Assembly: GCA_964057225.1 (NCBI GenBank)
Contig: OZ059897.1
Location: 12,586,001 to 12,650,000 of the forward strand
Length of the DNA stretch: 64,000 bases
Direction of reading: 5' to 3'
DNA from: Auanema rhodensis
Lineage: Eukaryota; Animalia; Nematoda
Shown in pieces: positions 36,801-55,611 of the stretch (position 1 is its first letter; each line of letters opens with the position of its first letter). Both the position numbers and the translations under genes were made by a program. The notes under the pieces are model-generated. The model did no database searches. It was not told the origin of the DNA and was given only the letters and a program-made list of their open reading frames with translations.

Positions 36801-39800
36801 AAGTATTCTTTTATAATGTTTTCAAGTTCATTTTGTACTTGCGACAATTTGAAAAAAACATGCTAAAAGATGAAGCGAAGCCATGCTAGCAGGTATTCTA
36901 TAGAAACATGAGGAAAATAAAGTTTTACAAGCAAAAAGGAGTAAAGGTTAATTCTAGTAATTATAAGCTATTAAGCAGGAAAAAGACAGTAAGCATGTCC
37001 GGCAAACTTACGTTTCTCGGACTGACAAGCACAACAGAGGTAGGCGAGCTGATAGCAGAATCTGTTACAACAACACGAGGAGAAATGCCAGATTGGCTTT
37101 CTGACGAGCATAATCCCGAAGATTCACGAACATGATTGAACAGCGTTGGTAGATCATCACGCACTATCTGTTTTAATACCCTTGAACGTGGTGATATGTT
37201 TAGCCAATCAACATCATGCAAAGGATCGGAGAGTTTTTCCAGTCGTTCCCTCTTTTTACGTTTAAGCAATGGTTCCGGACTCTCTTCACGGCATTCCATA
37301 TGCGAAGATGGCCGTCGCTCAGGTATTGGAAAAAGCGTTGAACGAAAATTAAAGCGAGGGGTGGAACGCCGAGAGCTCCTATTTGTTCCGGATGGTGAAA
37401 CTGGCGTTGATGGGGCATCTGTAGGTAAAAAGAGGCGAGGCACATGCACTGACTCAGACGTAAGAGGCGTTCGTTCTTGTGGATAGTGTAAATCAGGAGA
37501 TGGTACACGTTGTCCAGCTAGCTGAGTTGCTCGAGGTGATTGAAAGCGTAATAAATTAGCATCTAGCAAATCCATAATATCACATTGAACAGCTAGCTTG
37601 GACAACATGAATGGCTCTGATATACGGAAGCTATCCAGCTTTTGCGAATAAAGCGGCTCAAACTCCTGGCCCTCGCAGGCTTGAAGATTGTGAAGAGATC
37701 GTTTTCTTACTGATGGAGGTGGGCAGGAGAAATGAGCAGCAGGACATGATAATATCCTACGAGATCGTCGAGCTTCCGCTGCTATAATGTCGAAAATTAT
37801 GTGAATTCATTCATATTTGAATAGAAACCTATCTCGCTATAGTCTGGGCTAGGTAAAGGAAATTCGAACTCAAAAGAAGTCACCGACGGATCCGGAGAAC
37901 GAAAGTTTTCCCAATAAGCCTGTAATTCAGCATTGTTTTGCTCATTTCAAAATAAATTCGTACTTCTCTGGCATATACAGATGGTTCTGTTGATAATGAG
38001 CAATGTTCGGAAAGGGATGGACCCGATTCATCCCATGATGCACCACGTGAAAAGTAACGATTAAACATCCTGTAATATTACAATTTTAGATAAAAAATGA
38101 AAATTTTAAAGTATAATTTCTAGAAATAAACTCACATTGATCTGGCTGACGCCGAAGAATTGCTATATATACTAGGGGTTCGGAAACTACAAGTAGATTG
38201 AATTAATTTTATAATAAAACAGCATATACCTTCTGATAGAAAGAATATTAGGAGAAGGCACTTTATCAGGTTGTGGATAAGAAATACTGCATCGGCTTTT
38301 CATAATTGTATCATCTATAGCCCATCTATAATATTATAAGTAAATATCTAATAGTCAAGAAAAATGTTTATATAAAATAGAAAACTTGTCATCTTTTGAA
38401 TAAATTTGCATTTTGAATATAATAACCAATCACTTACTCAGGTGATGGACACTTTTCTTCGAATGTATCTTCAACTAGAGGAGATTCAGGCCTGAATATC
38501 AAAATACAAGTTAATAAAGAAAAATATTTAGATACATATGTTGTTGCATTTGATGCATATACATCTGCAAAATTTCTTCTCCCTGACCCATAGCTAACCG
38601 TCGTTCTATCATCCTCTTTCGCTTCAGTAAATGCAAAAGATCCGTTCCTCGGAACTATAATCAGACATAGTTAAAAGTAGAAAATAAATTTTAAAGATTA
38701 CCTTTCGACCGAAGTAATGTATCTTTTGAATATATTGAATACCGACTAGATCAATACACATAGTTGTGACAGCTAATCCTACACCAAGATACATAAGCAT
38801 CAGAACAATGTAGCTAAAAATATTTATAAAGTATAATTATATTTTAAAAAAATTATTGTAAATATAAATCAAATTAATTCAAATACTCACTCATGATTTT
38901 CAGGAACAATATCACCAAATCCAATAGTTGTTAATGATATAAAAGCTACAAAGTATATAAAATTAAAAATAATATCTATATATGAAAATAATTTACAATA
39001 ATAAAATGCATCCATATAAGACCATCCTTCTAAAAATGAAAACAGAACACCCCCAAATGCTATATACAACTATAAAATTTTAAAATTTAATATAAGTATA
39101 TAAATATAAGAAACAAACCAATAATATTGTAAAAACCATAAGGACCGGTACTTCCGTTTTATCCATTACAAGTTCTTCCCAATCTAACGTTGACGTTGAT
39201 GATTTGTCAGATTGATCTTCACAATCTTCTAGAACAGTCAAATAAACAATAAAACTTCAAATGAATATTAAATATAATACCTTTTCTATTCCCTCGTAGC
39301 CTCTTCCAACGTGTTTTAATTACTATTTTGGCTTTTTTCATCTGTTTGTAAAGCCATATTGTACATTCAGATAGAAATTTACCCAAATCTAAGATTATCA
39401 TGTTATTGAATAAAATATGTCATATATTTTACCTCCAATAGTGATGATAGCTAATGGTGCACCAAACAATGCGAATACAACACATGCTATACGTCCAGAA
39501 GATGTAGCTGGGACAATGTTACCGTAACCTAAACAAAATAACATTACTTCAAATATGTTTTGTATATTATTTTCGTCTAGTTATTTTTCTTATATTTTTT
39601 CATCGATTTTTTTCTTAAAACATCCCAAAATCATGAATGTTGCGACGTCTTTAAATATATGGTCAGTCATATCTATCTCATGCTTTTCATGTCCTTTTTT
39701 ATGATGTCATTTACTTGTCTTCACAAGCACATTTAATATTAACAAGTTGTGACGTCATCAAAGACATTGATCTATGATATGACTTTTTCACAAAATGTTG

Positions 39801-41025
39801 AAACGAAAAAAAAAAGAAAGAAAGAGTACAAAAACAATATGAAACAAAAAGAAGAGATAGTCGTGAGATTTATATATAAAGTATATGCAACAAGCGCTTA
39901 CCAATTGTTGCCATTGTTGTAGCAGCAAAGAATAAAGCACTACTAGCAGTCCACATCTTTTCTCCTTTATCAGCTCTTGATTTTGTATTCCTAAAATCAT
40001 TTTTCACAATTCAATTAAATATTCTTTAGATTATATCTAATTTACCTATGTCGTTTTGTTCTATCTGGATCATCCTTATCAGCTGAAGTCAATTGAAGAT
40101 TTGATACCCGAACATCCGGATACCTACAAAATAAATCTCAATTAGCCCAATGTATTGGAAACGATAACCAACCGGACATATTGTTCTTTGAAAGCTTTAT
40201 AAATTTTATCATTGAACCTATATAATTCTTCTTCTAATGAGTCTTTCCATACCCGTTTGGATTGATCGCGACCTTAAAAATTATTTTCCATATTCATGGC
40301 AGTAACTTACGTTTTACAAGATCAAGCATACGCATTCTCATATCGCCTATATTGTTTTTTCCTATTGTTTTCAACTGAAATACTCATATAACTATAAGAT
40401 AATGAGTAATTATAATAATGATACAACCGGTTTATTTGATTGAAAATATAGAAATAACTTTTTTCTTTAACGACTTTGTTACGCTATGATTTATGCTAAT
40501 TTTAATTATTTCTTTTGCAAATAAAAAATAAAAAAATATACTTATATCATTTAATTAAAAAATAAATGATGTTTTATATTTAAATGGAATTCCCATGGGA
40601 ACTGTTTTCGACATTAACAGACATATGTTAATCGACTCATGGAATGAGTTTCGGAATAAATTTAGCCTAGAAAATTGAGAGATGGATGACAAAACATCGA
40701 CAAAGTGAGCAACAAAGTTGGTTTAGAAATTATTTTTTATATTTTAAAGGTTTGAAGCTTCTAAAAAGTACTTACACGATCTTCATTTGGCGATTCCAAT
40801 CTATAGAATATATAAGCACCAATAACTGCATAGAGACAAACGACTGCCACAAGGGCTACGTGAGGAAATACAAGTTTAATATACTAAATTTAAAGTTTTC
40901 ATATTTTCAAACTGTAAGAATATTCTTATTTCACAAACTTTTTTTATTCGGCTTTGTGTCGAAGAGTTGACGGTGTCGGTTGTTGTCTCCAGCAAGCCCT
41001 CTATTTCTTTTAACTGTTCCTCCAT
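33890..41025 (-). CDS. TWK-family two-pore-domain (K2P) potassium channel with a long Ser/Pro-rich cytoplasmic tail ending in a DUF7747-type domain
   Basis: TM1 FPHVALVAVVCLYAVIGAYIFYRLESPNE; P1 FAATTMATIGYGNIVP; P2 FISLTTIGFGDIVPEN; TM4 followed by YIQKIHYFGRK. Resembles C. elegans TWK channels (possibly twk-1, from memory only). Fifteen further exons (38654 to 33890) join in frame. The start at ATG 41025 is minimal and upstream exons are possible. Channel core confidence is about 0.95; the fused model is less certain. Confidence 0.75.
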
Positions 41026-42447
41026 TCCATTTGTTTCTGAGTTCGGTTGGCCACGTACTTCTACTGTAATAACAATGTTTTTATATATTAAAATATAAAA
41101 TTCAAAAGTTCAGACCTTATGATCGCTAATTGTCTCCGTTCTCACAATAGACACATTGGTCCTGAATGAAAGAAACTGGTGGTAAGATTTGAACACAACA
41201 GCTATGATACTGAAGTTAAAAAAAATCAATGTCAATTAATAATTAAAAAGTAATAAAGTGAAGTTCAAATAACATAATAAGGCATTTAAAAAATAAACTA
41301 ATGCATTTAAAAGTATTGAAGAAAACACAAAACAAAACAAAAACAAAGAAAACGTATCCAGCATGTAGATTTTTGTAGTAATTCGGATAAAAATGAAAAA
41401 ATAAATTGAGATTTATAGTAAGTAAAGCTATATCTCATTATAATTCTGGATAATGTGATATATTAGGCTTTTTAACGTAGTTTTAGAAATATTCTACAGT
41501 TGTAACAGTTGATGAAAACGAAAAAAATGAAAAGAGAGGGACAGAGAGAAAGAGCAAGAGAGGTGCGGAGAAGGGAGTAGTGGAGGATCGAGAGAAAAAA
41601 CCATGGAGGGAGAAAAAGAGATGAATATAGAGAGAACACAAGTGAGTTGCGATGTGAATATCTCAGATCAAACAACAAAGGAAATTAAGAATGCACGAAG
41701 AGTGTGTAATAGAATGTATGGACAAGCCTTGGACTGGGTGAGAGGGAGGAAAAATGAGAGAAGATAGCCATATATGTCAGGAGAAAGTAAGCTTTTCAAT
41801 GGCTAGTGGTGTGGTCCAACTATCAGCCCCCTCTCCTTGTATCATTTTGTGAAAGAAGAACACATTCTTAATTCACATCTCTTCTTCGTATCTGCTCATA
41901 TAAAAATAAAACAAAAAGGATTGTAAACAAAATGACAAAAACTTAAGAGCGAGTTGAAAGAAAGCTAAATTCAAAAAAATATGGTCAAGTCGAGCTCAAG
42001 AAATATAAAAACATGAAGCCTACTAGAATCCTTGGAAATTATAAATATTGTAGAATTCTCGTAGTTAATGAGGATTTTTGGATTTAAAAATCAATTGATC
42101 ATGCTTATTCATACGAGAATTTTGAATGAAGAATAAGAAGATCAACTATACATGCATATAATTAAGAAAAGCATAAGTCAAACTTTCATCAACGATGTAA
42201 TAAAAGTCCAAAGAAGTCTTAGATGAGCGAATATATATACATACATAAATAAAAATCTCAAAAAATTTGTAGAAAAGCTAAAGATAAATTAACATTTTTA
42301 CCATATTTCTTGAATAATTATAATTCATCATTTCTGAAAATGAGGTAAATGACATGAACTTAAGGGTAGAATAAGTTTATATTTATCATAATTTCAAATA
42401 ATTTATACAATTGCATACACTAAAACTGTTGAAATATGTTGAAACGT

Positions 42448-42672
42448 ACAACAGGCTGTAGAAGATATCTCATTTCTCATTTTCATTTTACATACACTTT
42501 ATGGTGAGTTTCCGAAAGATTTAGGGGCTATCTGTCATAGTGATTAGAGCATAAGGCTATATTGGCTCTCCATATATGTACATACATCGATAGATATACA
42601 TATGTATATACATAAATATTTCTATATTTTCATATATAAGGAAAGAGAAACAACAGGCTGTAGAAGATATCT
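42448..42672. repeat. 23-bp perfect direct repeat ACAACAGGCTGTAGAAGATATCT, two copies
   Basis: Copies at 42448-42470 and 42650-42672. Confidence 0.85.
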
Positions 42673-43873
42673 TCCCTATTTGTTGCCATTCTCTCCCACT
42701 TTGTCTATCTTTTACTCTCTGTCGTTCACTCTCTCTCTCTAAAATGAATATTTAGGTTCGCCAATGACAACCACATGGAACTTTAGGGTTTTCTCCATCC
42801 TTTACATCGATGTTCCTAAGCTATAAAACGAAGTAATTTATCTGTCTCTAATAAGAAAGAACGAAAGATAGGGTGAGGGTAGATACGAGAACGAATGAAG
42901 CAGAAAGGGTAAAAGTGAATGAAGAAAACATGATTGAAATTAAAAATTTGACTCATCTCTTCAAAACGTCGTACTTACTCAAAGGAATATTGAACAATTT
43001 TCAAAAATTTCGATAGGAGTTCAAAAGAACTAAAATCAAACAAAAAAAGGGGCTTTATGATCCATCAAATAAAGAATTATTGATCGTTCAGAACCATGTA
43101 ACATAAGTTATAACTAAGACAAATTGCAAAGCGATAAGAAGTGAACTGCTTAAAAGAATTTTGAACAAATGCAGAAAAACAATGTTGAAATGAAAAATTA
43201 AGAAAAAGTTCATTTTGCTTATAACATGTATTTATTCAAAATGTAAGAAGATAAAAGTTCGGAGCAAAGACCTCGTGGAAGCAAAGTAAATTGAAATATA
43301 ACCTCATCTTCATTTGAAAAGCTCCAAGTAAAGAGTTTATTTCGAAGGGTTATATGCATAAAAATTCTTAATTCCCAAGTGATTCAGCTTTGTGGAAGGA
43401 CTAAAACCGTCTTTTTCTCTTATTCTCTTAGAATCCTCTTCTCAACATAGTTATTTCACTTTTTAAGCATTCTCCAACTGAGATGTTCTTTTTTCATGTC
43501 AAAAAAACTTATTGAAAGGCTTAAAACTTGGAACTAAAACTTAAAAAATTAAAATATATTTAGTATATTATTGTTATGAATACTGCAGTGATTTCAATGA
43601 CGCCTGCATGCATTTTTTTAATCCACATAAATCGCTTTCATGCTGCATCTTAGGCAACTCAAAAACAAATTCAAAACATCTTCTTTTGTTTGTTTTTTGT
43701 TGAAAAACTAATAAAAACAAATCGCAAAAATTTGTCCTAGATCATAATAAAATTAAAAAATTACTTTTTTTACTTCCTCATACTAAGCAAAAACGTAATG
43801 AGTGTGATCCAAATAATACAATAATAACATTAACAAAATAAAATAATATGTATATATATATATGAAGCTCAAC

Positions 43874-44186
43874 AGACGGTTCGGGAGCTTGGCTCGACGG
43901 TTTCGGAACACCCCCCCCCCCCAAACTCGTCTGATCTAGCTCCAACAGATTACCATCTGTTCCGATCAATGGAGCATAGTTTAAGTTGAATTTTAAAATT
44001 TTTTTTGCATCTAAAAGTAAAGTATTTTTCAGAAACAGAATCCGAAACCTGAACGAAAGATGGGGAGAAGGACATCGAGAATGAAGGGAAATATAGTATA
44101 TAATAAATTTTTTGCAAATTTCATACTTTCTTTTTAATTTTCATAGTACTATAGGGGGGAACGAGTAAAAAATTCGAGACCTAATA
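43874..44186 (+). mobile_element. Degenerate mariner (Tc1/mariner) 3' fragment with putative right TIR
   Basis: Frame-broken translation RELG..VSEHPP/NSSDLAPTDYHLFRSMEHSL...FFASKSKVFFRNRIRNLNERW...ENEGKY matches the mariner HPPYSPDLAPSDYHLFRSL motif and C-terminus. Ends ...GAGACCTAA-TA, whose reverse complement TATTAGGT is a typical mariner TIR end plus TA target site. Confidence 0.85.
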
Positions 44187-44198
44187 CATATATATATG

Positions 44199-44205
44199 GA
44201 GAGAG

Positions 44206-44246
<41 letters not shown>
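44199..44246. repeat. (GA)n microsatellite
   Basis: About 19 perfect GA units from 44209. Confidence 0.9.
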
Positions 44247-44249
<3 letters not shown>

Positions 44250-47200
44250 TTATTATAATCTACGAAACAAAATACTCTCTAGTCCACAAAAATAGAAGGC
44301 TGATGATTTTAGAGCTTAGCTTTAGAATATGAACAATGGGTTCAGAGGAAACTAAACATACTTTCGAGGACAAAAAAAGTCTCTGAATAAAATTGGGTAA
44401 CCGCATATTGGAAACACTTGTGAGTAGTCGGACCGAAATTCCGATGTATGTATATGCCATTATAGATTTCCCATGATGTTGACAAATGAAGTTGCTTGAG
44501 AGAAATGCGAAAAAAGTGAAAGTTTTCTTAAGAGAGGTCCATCAATTCGAACCAAAAAGGACACAGGAGCAGAGGGGCGGGACAAGAAGCCACGAGCATA
44601 AGACGAAAGGAGAAAGCAACTAGAAACGGCCGGAAAACGGGCGGCCGGACACAAAGCTGAGAAGATTTATTTTCCACATTTGGATCGTCTGACGAAGGAT
44701 ATATTGTTCAAAGCCAATTCATTTAAGCAATAACAACGTAGAAAATCTGTGAAGATAAAGATGGGAGCTGAAGTAGGTATGATTGCCTAGTATAAATATT
44801 TTTCACTATATTGTTGTACAAGTTATACACACGGTTGAACAAGAAAAAGGGAAAAGATATCGATAGCAGATGGCTGAGGATGATGAAGAAGCTAAGGGGG
44901 TAGAGCCTGATGGAAGAGAGAGAGAAAACAAAAGAGAGAGAGAGGCAAAAGCTGAAAACGAAATACTGAAAGCCATATAAAGTGTGTTGGAAAGAAAGAA
45001 ATAGACAAAGAGATGAGCTAATTGGATTTGTGGGTTTTCATTTCTGGTCCGGGTACCCATCAGCCGCTCTTTCGCAACTCACATACTACACCCTACTGTG
45101 CTCATATGATATGAGCCACGCTGTTGCTGTTCGCCCTCCCTTTCAAATTAGAACGTTTATGTTTCGATTTTTGATTCCTTCATTCAAATATAACTAAGAG
45201 AGACAAATAATATACTTGAAGTTGAAAAAAAGAGAATAATAGCATGAAGATAATAGTTTTCTTTTGGTCAAAAACTTTATCTAAGTATTTTGGTTGATTG
45301 GGATATGATTATGGTGTTGAAAATATATGCTTGTTCTAACAAGTCTAACGACATCTAGAATATATTCAACCAAATTTGGCAACATCCATTTTATGAAATC
45401 AAAATCAGACAATCGAGAAGGGATAAAAAAGAAAAAAATCACAAAAATATATAAAAATAATGTACAGCCTATTATTAAAAATTTATATTTGTGTAATCAA
45501 TTTTTAAATATTTAAAATAAAATAAAAGGATCTATCTAACTGTTATAAGATCACTTACAAAAAAAATCTTTTAAGTAGAATCAGAATGCATATAATAAAA
45601 TTTGAATAGTAGAATAATATGAATACGAATTCGTTAAGTATTTTAGGAAGTATGGATATATCTTTCATTCAGCTGATGCCATTCCAAGAAGACGTCAAAT
45701 CGAACAAGAGAGAAACAGAGTTAGAAAAGGCAGCTTTACCAGAAGGGGTAAGCAGAGTAACGAGATTGGGAATGGATAGCTTGAAATAATTTCGTTTTGT
45801 TTCTCTTCGTCTCCCTCTCCCCTCTCCTCTGGTTTGCTGACTTACTGGAACTCAACTCCTGGAGCACAGCACCAACCTAGTTTACGGGGTCTTCGGCCAT
45901 TTGGTTGTCATTTCCGTCAGAATTTGTGAACTGAGCTCGATTGAGAACGTAAAGGTTGAGGAGCGTCAAAGATCGCCAATGAACAGAATTAGAAAATCGG
46001 AAAAATAATGGAGCATATGACGAATGAGAAATAAAGCGGAATGACTACATAAGAGAGTGAAAGTAAAGCACAACTCATTTCATGAGAGTTTGAAAACAAA
46101 TAAATAAAAGTCAAAACGATTCCAAATGTTTTAATTAGAATGTAATAAAACAAATAGTTGAAAGAGATCGCAAAAGAAGTCATGAACTTATGCCTTATAA
46201 GCTTATATTCTCAGTCTTGCTTGTACTCAATGTATTTATTCACGCATGTGTGGTTTACTAATTTAGTCCAAAGCATTGCACAACTTCATTGTCTTCATTA
46301 AGAACCGTATATTTCTTGTAGTTTTTTTTCCGAATTAAAAAAAAAATATCGATATTGATATTGATATAAAAATTAAAATTGAAATATATATTATTTGAAA
46401 CTATATGAAAATTCATATAAAATAATCTTTTGTATCGAAAAATCTATCTGAATTTATCAGGAGCCAGGAGTCTCTAGTTAAAGAGAAATCCCTAAACTCA
46501 TACATAGCTTCATTTGCTTTGAACAGCCTCAGAGGTTCTCTTGAAAGGCCTTTTATAGGCTGGCACTCACTCACTGATTACTGGGGATTCGGGAAATGGA
46601 CATTTAAATCGGCACAATGTTGAGGCTCTGCTCAGAATCCGTCCGAATACTGGTCGAAGCTATTTTCTATCAGCTTTCAACTTTCAAACCGATTTCACAT
46701 ATAGAGCCATTTCCTTCTCTCTCTTCTAAACAGACCTATCCTTCTGATGCAACTGCAATGCAACTGTGGTCATCATTGATCGACAATTTCAAGCTGTCAC
46801 GATGCCGGAGATGGAAGAACATTGCTAGAGAGTTAAGGAAAAAAATTGAAAAAGTTCAAATGAGAAAAACTGTCGATATCGAACGAAAAAAAGGAAAAAT
46901 ATGATGTCCATGATTGGCATTTTGAAGAGGAAAATAAGGTTTTTTCTTTCAAAAATTGATGGATATGTTCTACAGAAGTGCTTGTCTTTTTCTTCATATT
47001 GTAAAAAAATCTTAAATGTTATTAATAATATCAAAACTAAAAAATGAGCATTCATTAATAATAAAAAATAATAATAAGGTAAAAATAGGTTAAACATAGG
47101 TTAAATCGGGGTTGAATATGGATACATAACATAATATACTAGAAAAGTTCTTGAGACTTTGAAGAGATTTTTAAAGGTAAAACCACGAAAAGTCTTTCTT

Positions 47201-49943
47201 AGAAATAGAATAAAGACAATAATTCGAGCATTAATAGCAGGAAGAACCTAGTAAGTTGGGACATACTATGCACTTACCTTTGTGGAATAATCTAAAGAGT
47301 GGTCAATTGGAAAATCAATGAGGAAAAAGGAAAAGAATTTAAAATTGAGAGAGCAATAGAGAAGCAGAACGTAAGCGATTAAGAGATGCAAAGGTTTTGA
47401 GAAAACGTTCATTACCACATCCAGAAATTTAAAAAAAAACTTTGAAGAATAATGGAAATTAAGAACTAGCTTAATTTACAAAGGATGTTGCTTGTATTAG
47501 GCAACTAGTTGAAGCAAAAAGTCAGGTAGCACAAAATTATTTGAAGTATCGAATCGTGAAAGTGTTGTCATGTGAGAGAAGCGGCAGTATAACCGAGCCT
47601 CAGATGGCCTTTTTCAATTGATGTTCTCTTTTATCCATAAAAGGTAGTCGAAATACAACAGAAAAGGCATTAGAGATTATGGGAATGCAGAAAAAAGTTC
47701 TGTTTAGGGAGAAAAATAGGAACTGACTAGAAGCGCAAGGGCAAATGTAGCTTCTGACAACTCTCACTCATGGGGCTCAGACTGAGTCTTAGCCCTTTCT
47801 CTCTCTCTTACTCACTCCTACTTTCTATTTCTCTCCATCATTCTCATTTTCGTCCTCGGGAGGGGCTAAAGCAGTAGCAGCTACTAGCTCTGGGTATATG
47901 TGTGTGAAGGTACACATACATATATATACAACGATATTGCCAATGCATAGCGCAGCTACCCATTGATCCAGGCCAGCTTCTGAAAAAAAAAGAAGAATAT
48001 GCTCGTGAATGTGTATTTCGATGTAGATGTCTTCCGTCAAATGAACGACAAAACGGGAAAGAGATTGACAGAAAACAAAGAGATGGAGGGACAGATGGGA
48101 AAAGAGAGGTATCGAGAGAAAGCAAGAGAAAATGGGAGAACAAGAGTAGAACATAAGAAGGATGGAAACTGCTAAGATAAAGATAAAGCTTCTGCCTGAA
48201 TGAGCTCCTAAAATGAGCATTTTGCTTGCTAAAGTTCAAATGTTTAAATTTGACAACAAGGATGCCAGCAATTCCATATATCTTGGGACAATTTTTCATC
48301 CAGAAAGAAAATACTATATAATTAGTTGACAGTAAAATTGTAATTTAAGATTAGAAGATCAAATATATGGATAATATATGGAAAATATATGGAATTAATA
48401 AATAAACATGAAAGTTGAACTTCAGCCTTCAGTTCAACTTGAAGAGCAATTTTTTCTTCAAATAAACGGAAACATGGCATTTTATAAGAAAGTATAATTG
48501 TTCTGAAATTGTTGTTTTCCTTCTCTCTAACCCATGAATACAATCTAAATTTATATAAAAAGTAATTCTCGATGAATGACGGTCAACATATTTTGTTACT
48601 TTAAGAAATGAATATGTCAACATGTTAAAAACCTAATTTTTCTTGTCTATCCATAATATCATTATTAGCAAAACTATTGTTGAAATATTTTAGTCATTCA
48701 TCTGAATCATATTGAATTTTTAAATAACTTCAGTTATACTATAAGAATAAGTAAAGAATTAAAGCTGTCAGTAGGGTAGACGAATACTACTTAGGTCTAT
48801 ATGAATAGAAGAAAAAATCAGGTGATGAAAGAATGTTTCAGAATAGTGCTAATGGAAACAAAAAAACACATCCTTTATTAGGATTTGTGAAAAGAATGAA
48901 GTTTTTTTCGGTATTTTGCAAGTACAAGTTGTTGTATGACAAAATTTTTTTGAAATTTTCAATTTCTCATCATCCTTTCTGATATAATTGAAGATATTTT
49001 AAAATTACAGTAAACTCTTTTAAATACTTTAGAAGCAGATACATACATACATATGATATATATGCTCGTCAGCTAACAAAGGCAAAGTTCATTTTCACAA
49101 CAACAGCTACGAAACTGCGGTTTCTTTTAGAATTAACATCAACATTACCATCACCTTTTTATATCATTCCAAATATACGAATTATACTTCATATCGTTAT
49201 CTCTAAAGTAGTTCCTATTCTTAATCAACTTATTCTAATCGATCTCCCTTTTTGTTCCATATCTTAGAATGTCATGTTCGTTATCCATACCATCGTCCTA
49301 TATATACTACAGGTAAAAGAAGATTATATAAGATTCATTATAGATATATTTAATAGTTATATCTCATTACTTTTCCATTACGTTGATGAAATTTTCCTGT
49401 ACTTTTGCATCATCTTTTCATTTTTGTAACATTGATTGGAGATTAGTTTGTTCTTTTATAATTTCTTTTTTCAAATAACTCTAAAAGAAACGACTGGTAG
49501 ACAGTCGGGTGCAAAGTTTAATGTTATAACTAGCATCACAATGTATATGGCGATAGCAGAATGCAATCGTTCGATTCATTCAGTGTCCTTGTCTTCATTT
49601 CACTTTGCCAGTACGTTTTAAGCGCAACAATGTTCATTACATGGTTTTATAAAGAAAATTGTATCATTATTATTGATTTTTCCTCAAGATGACCTATCCA
49701 TATACAATTAGCCATGTCTATTCCTTTATCTATTGATGTTGTTTTTCAATATGCACTTTTTCTTATCTATTTCAAATAACTCCATAGATAATGTGAATGA
49801 TAATATACAGCTCAAAATGAATTAATATGTTAAGTCTGTTAACCTTTTCTTTTTATAATTAACATTTTTTTTGAATATATAGTGTTTTAAGCGTGCATCT
49901 TCTCTTTATATCAGTGTTAAAAGTACGTATTTACTACGAAATC

Positions 49944-49955
49944 CTTATCTGATAA
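49944..49955. promoter_or_regulatory. Paired inverted GATA sites (CTTATC-TGATAA) about 90 bp upstream of the metr-1 ATG
   Basis: Sequence cttatctgataa. TGATAA is the established ELT-type GATA site in nematode intestinal/hypodermal promoters; function here is inferred. Confidence 0.35.
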
Positions 49956-50043
49956 AAGAAACAAGCACGCCTATTTCGTTCTTCATATTCCTTTCACTAT
50001 CGTGCACTCGATAATTTCTATCGGAAATACTGCTTACAGAGAG

Positions 50044-55452
<5,409 letters not shown>

Positions 55453-55611
55453 ATAGATTTAAAAAACTAATTGTTTAAATTAAAATTCTTTTTTTTTTAA
55501 TAAATGTTTTTTGTTTTTTTTTCAGCATTACAATACACAATATTTTGATTTCTTAACGAACTTCGCTGCTGAATATTAATAATATTCAAAATGTTAAAAT
55601 AATTAATATTT

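Noticed and set aside
37136-37486. Plus-strand 116-aa ORF (also 36213-36503 and 36908-37135)
   Set aside because: Antisense to the GC-richer channel-tail exons, with no splice or start context of their own.
41116-41161. Exon-like segment upstream of the channel as a coding exon
   Set aside because: The frame required by the next exon contains TAG and TAA; at most it is a 5'-UTR exon.
47825-48299. 131- and 151-aa minus-strand ORFs
   Set aside because: Low-complexity CT-rich sequence yielding F/L/S-rich translations, with no recognisable domain or exon chain.
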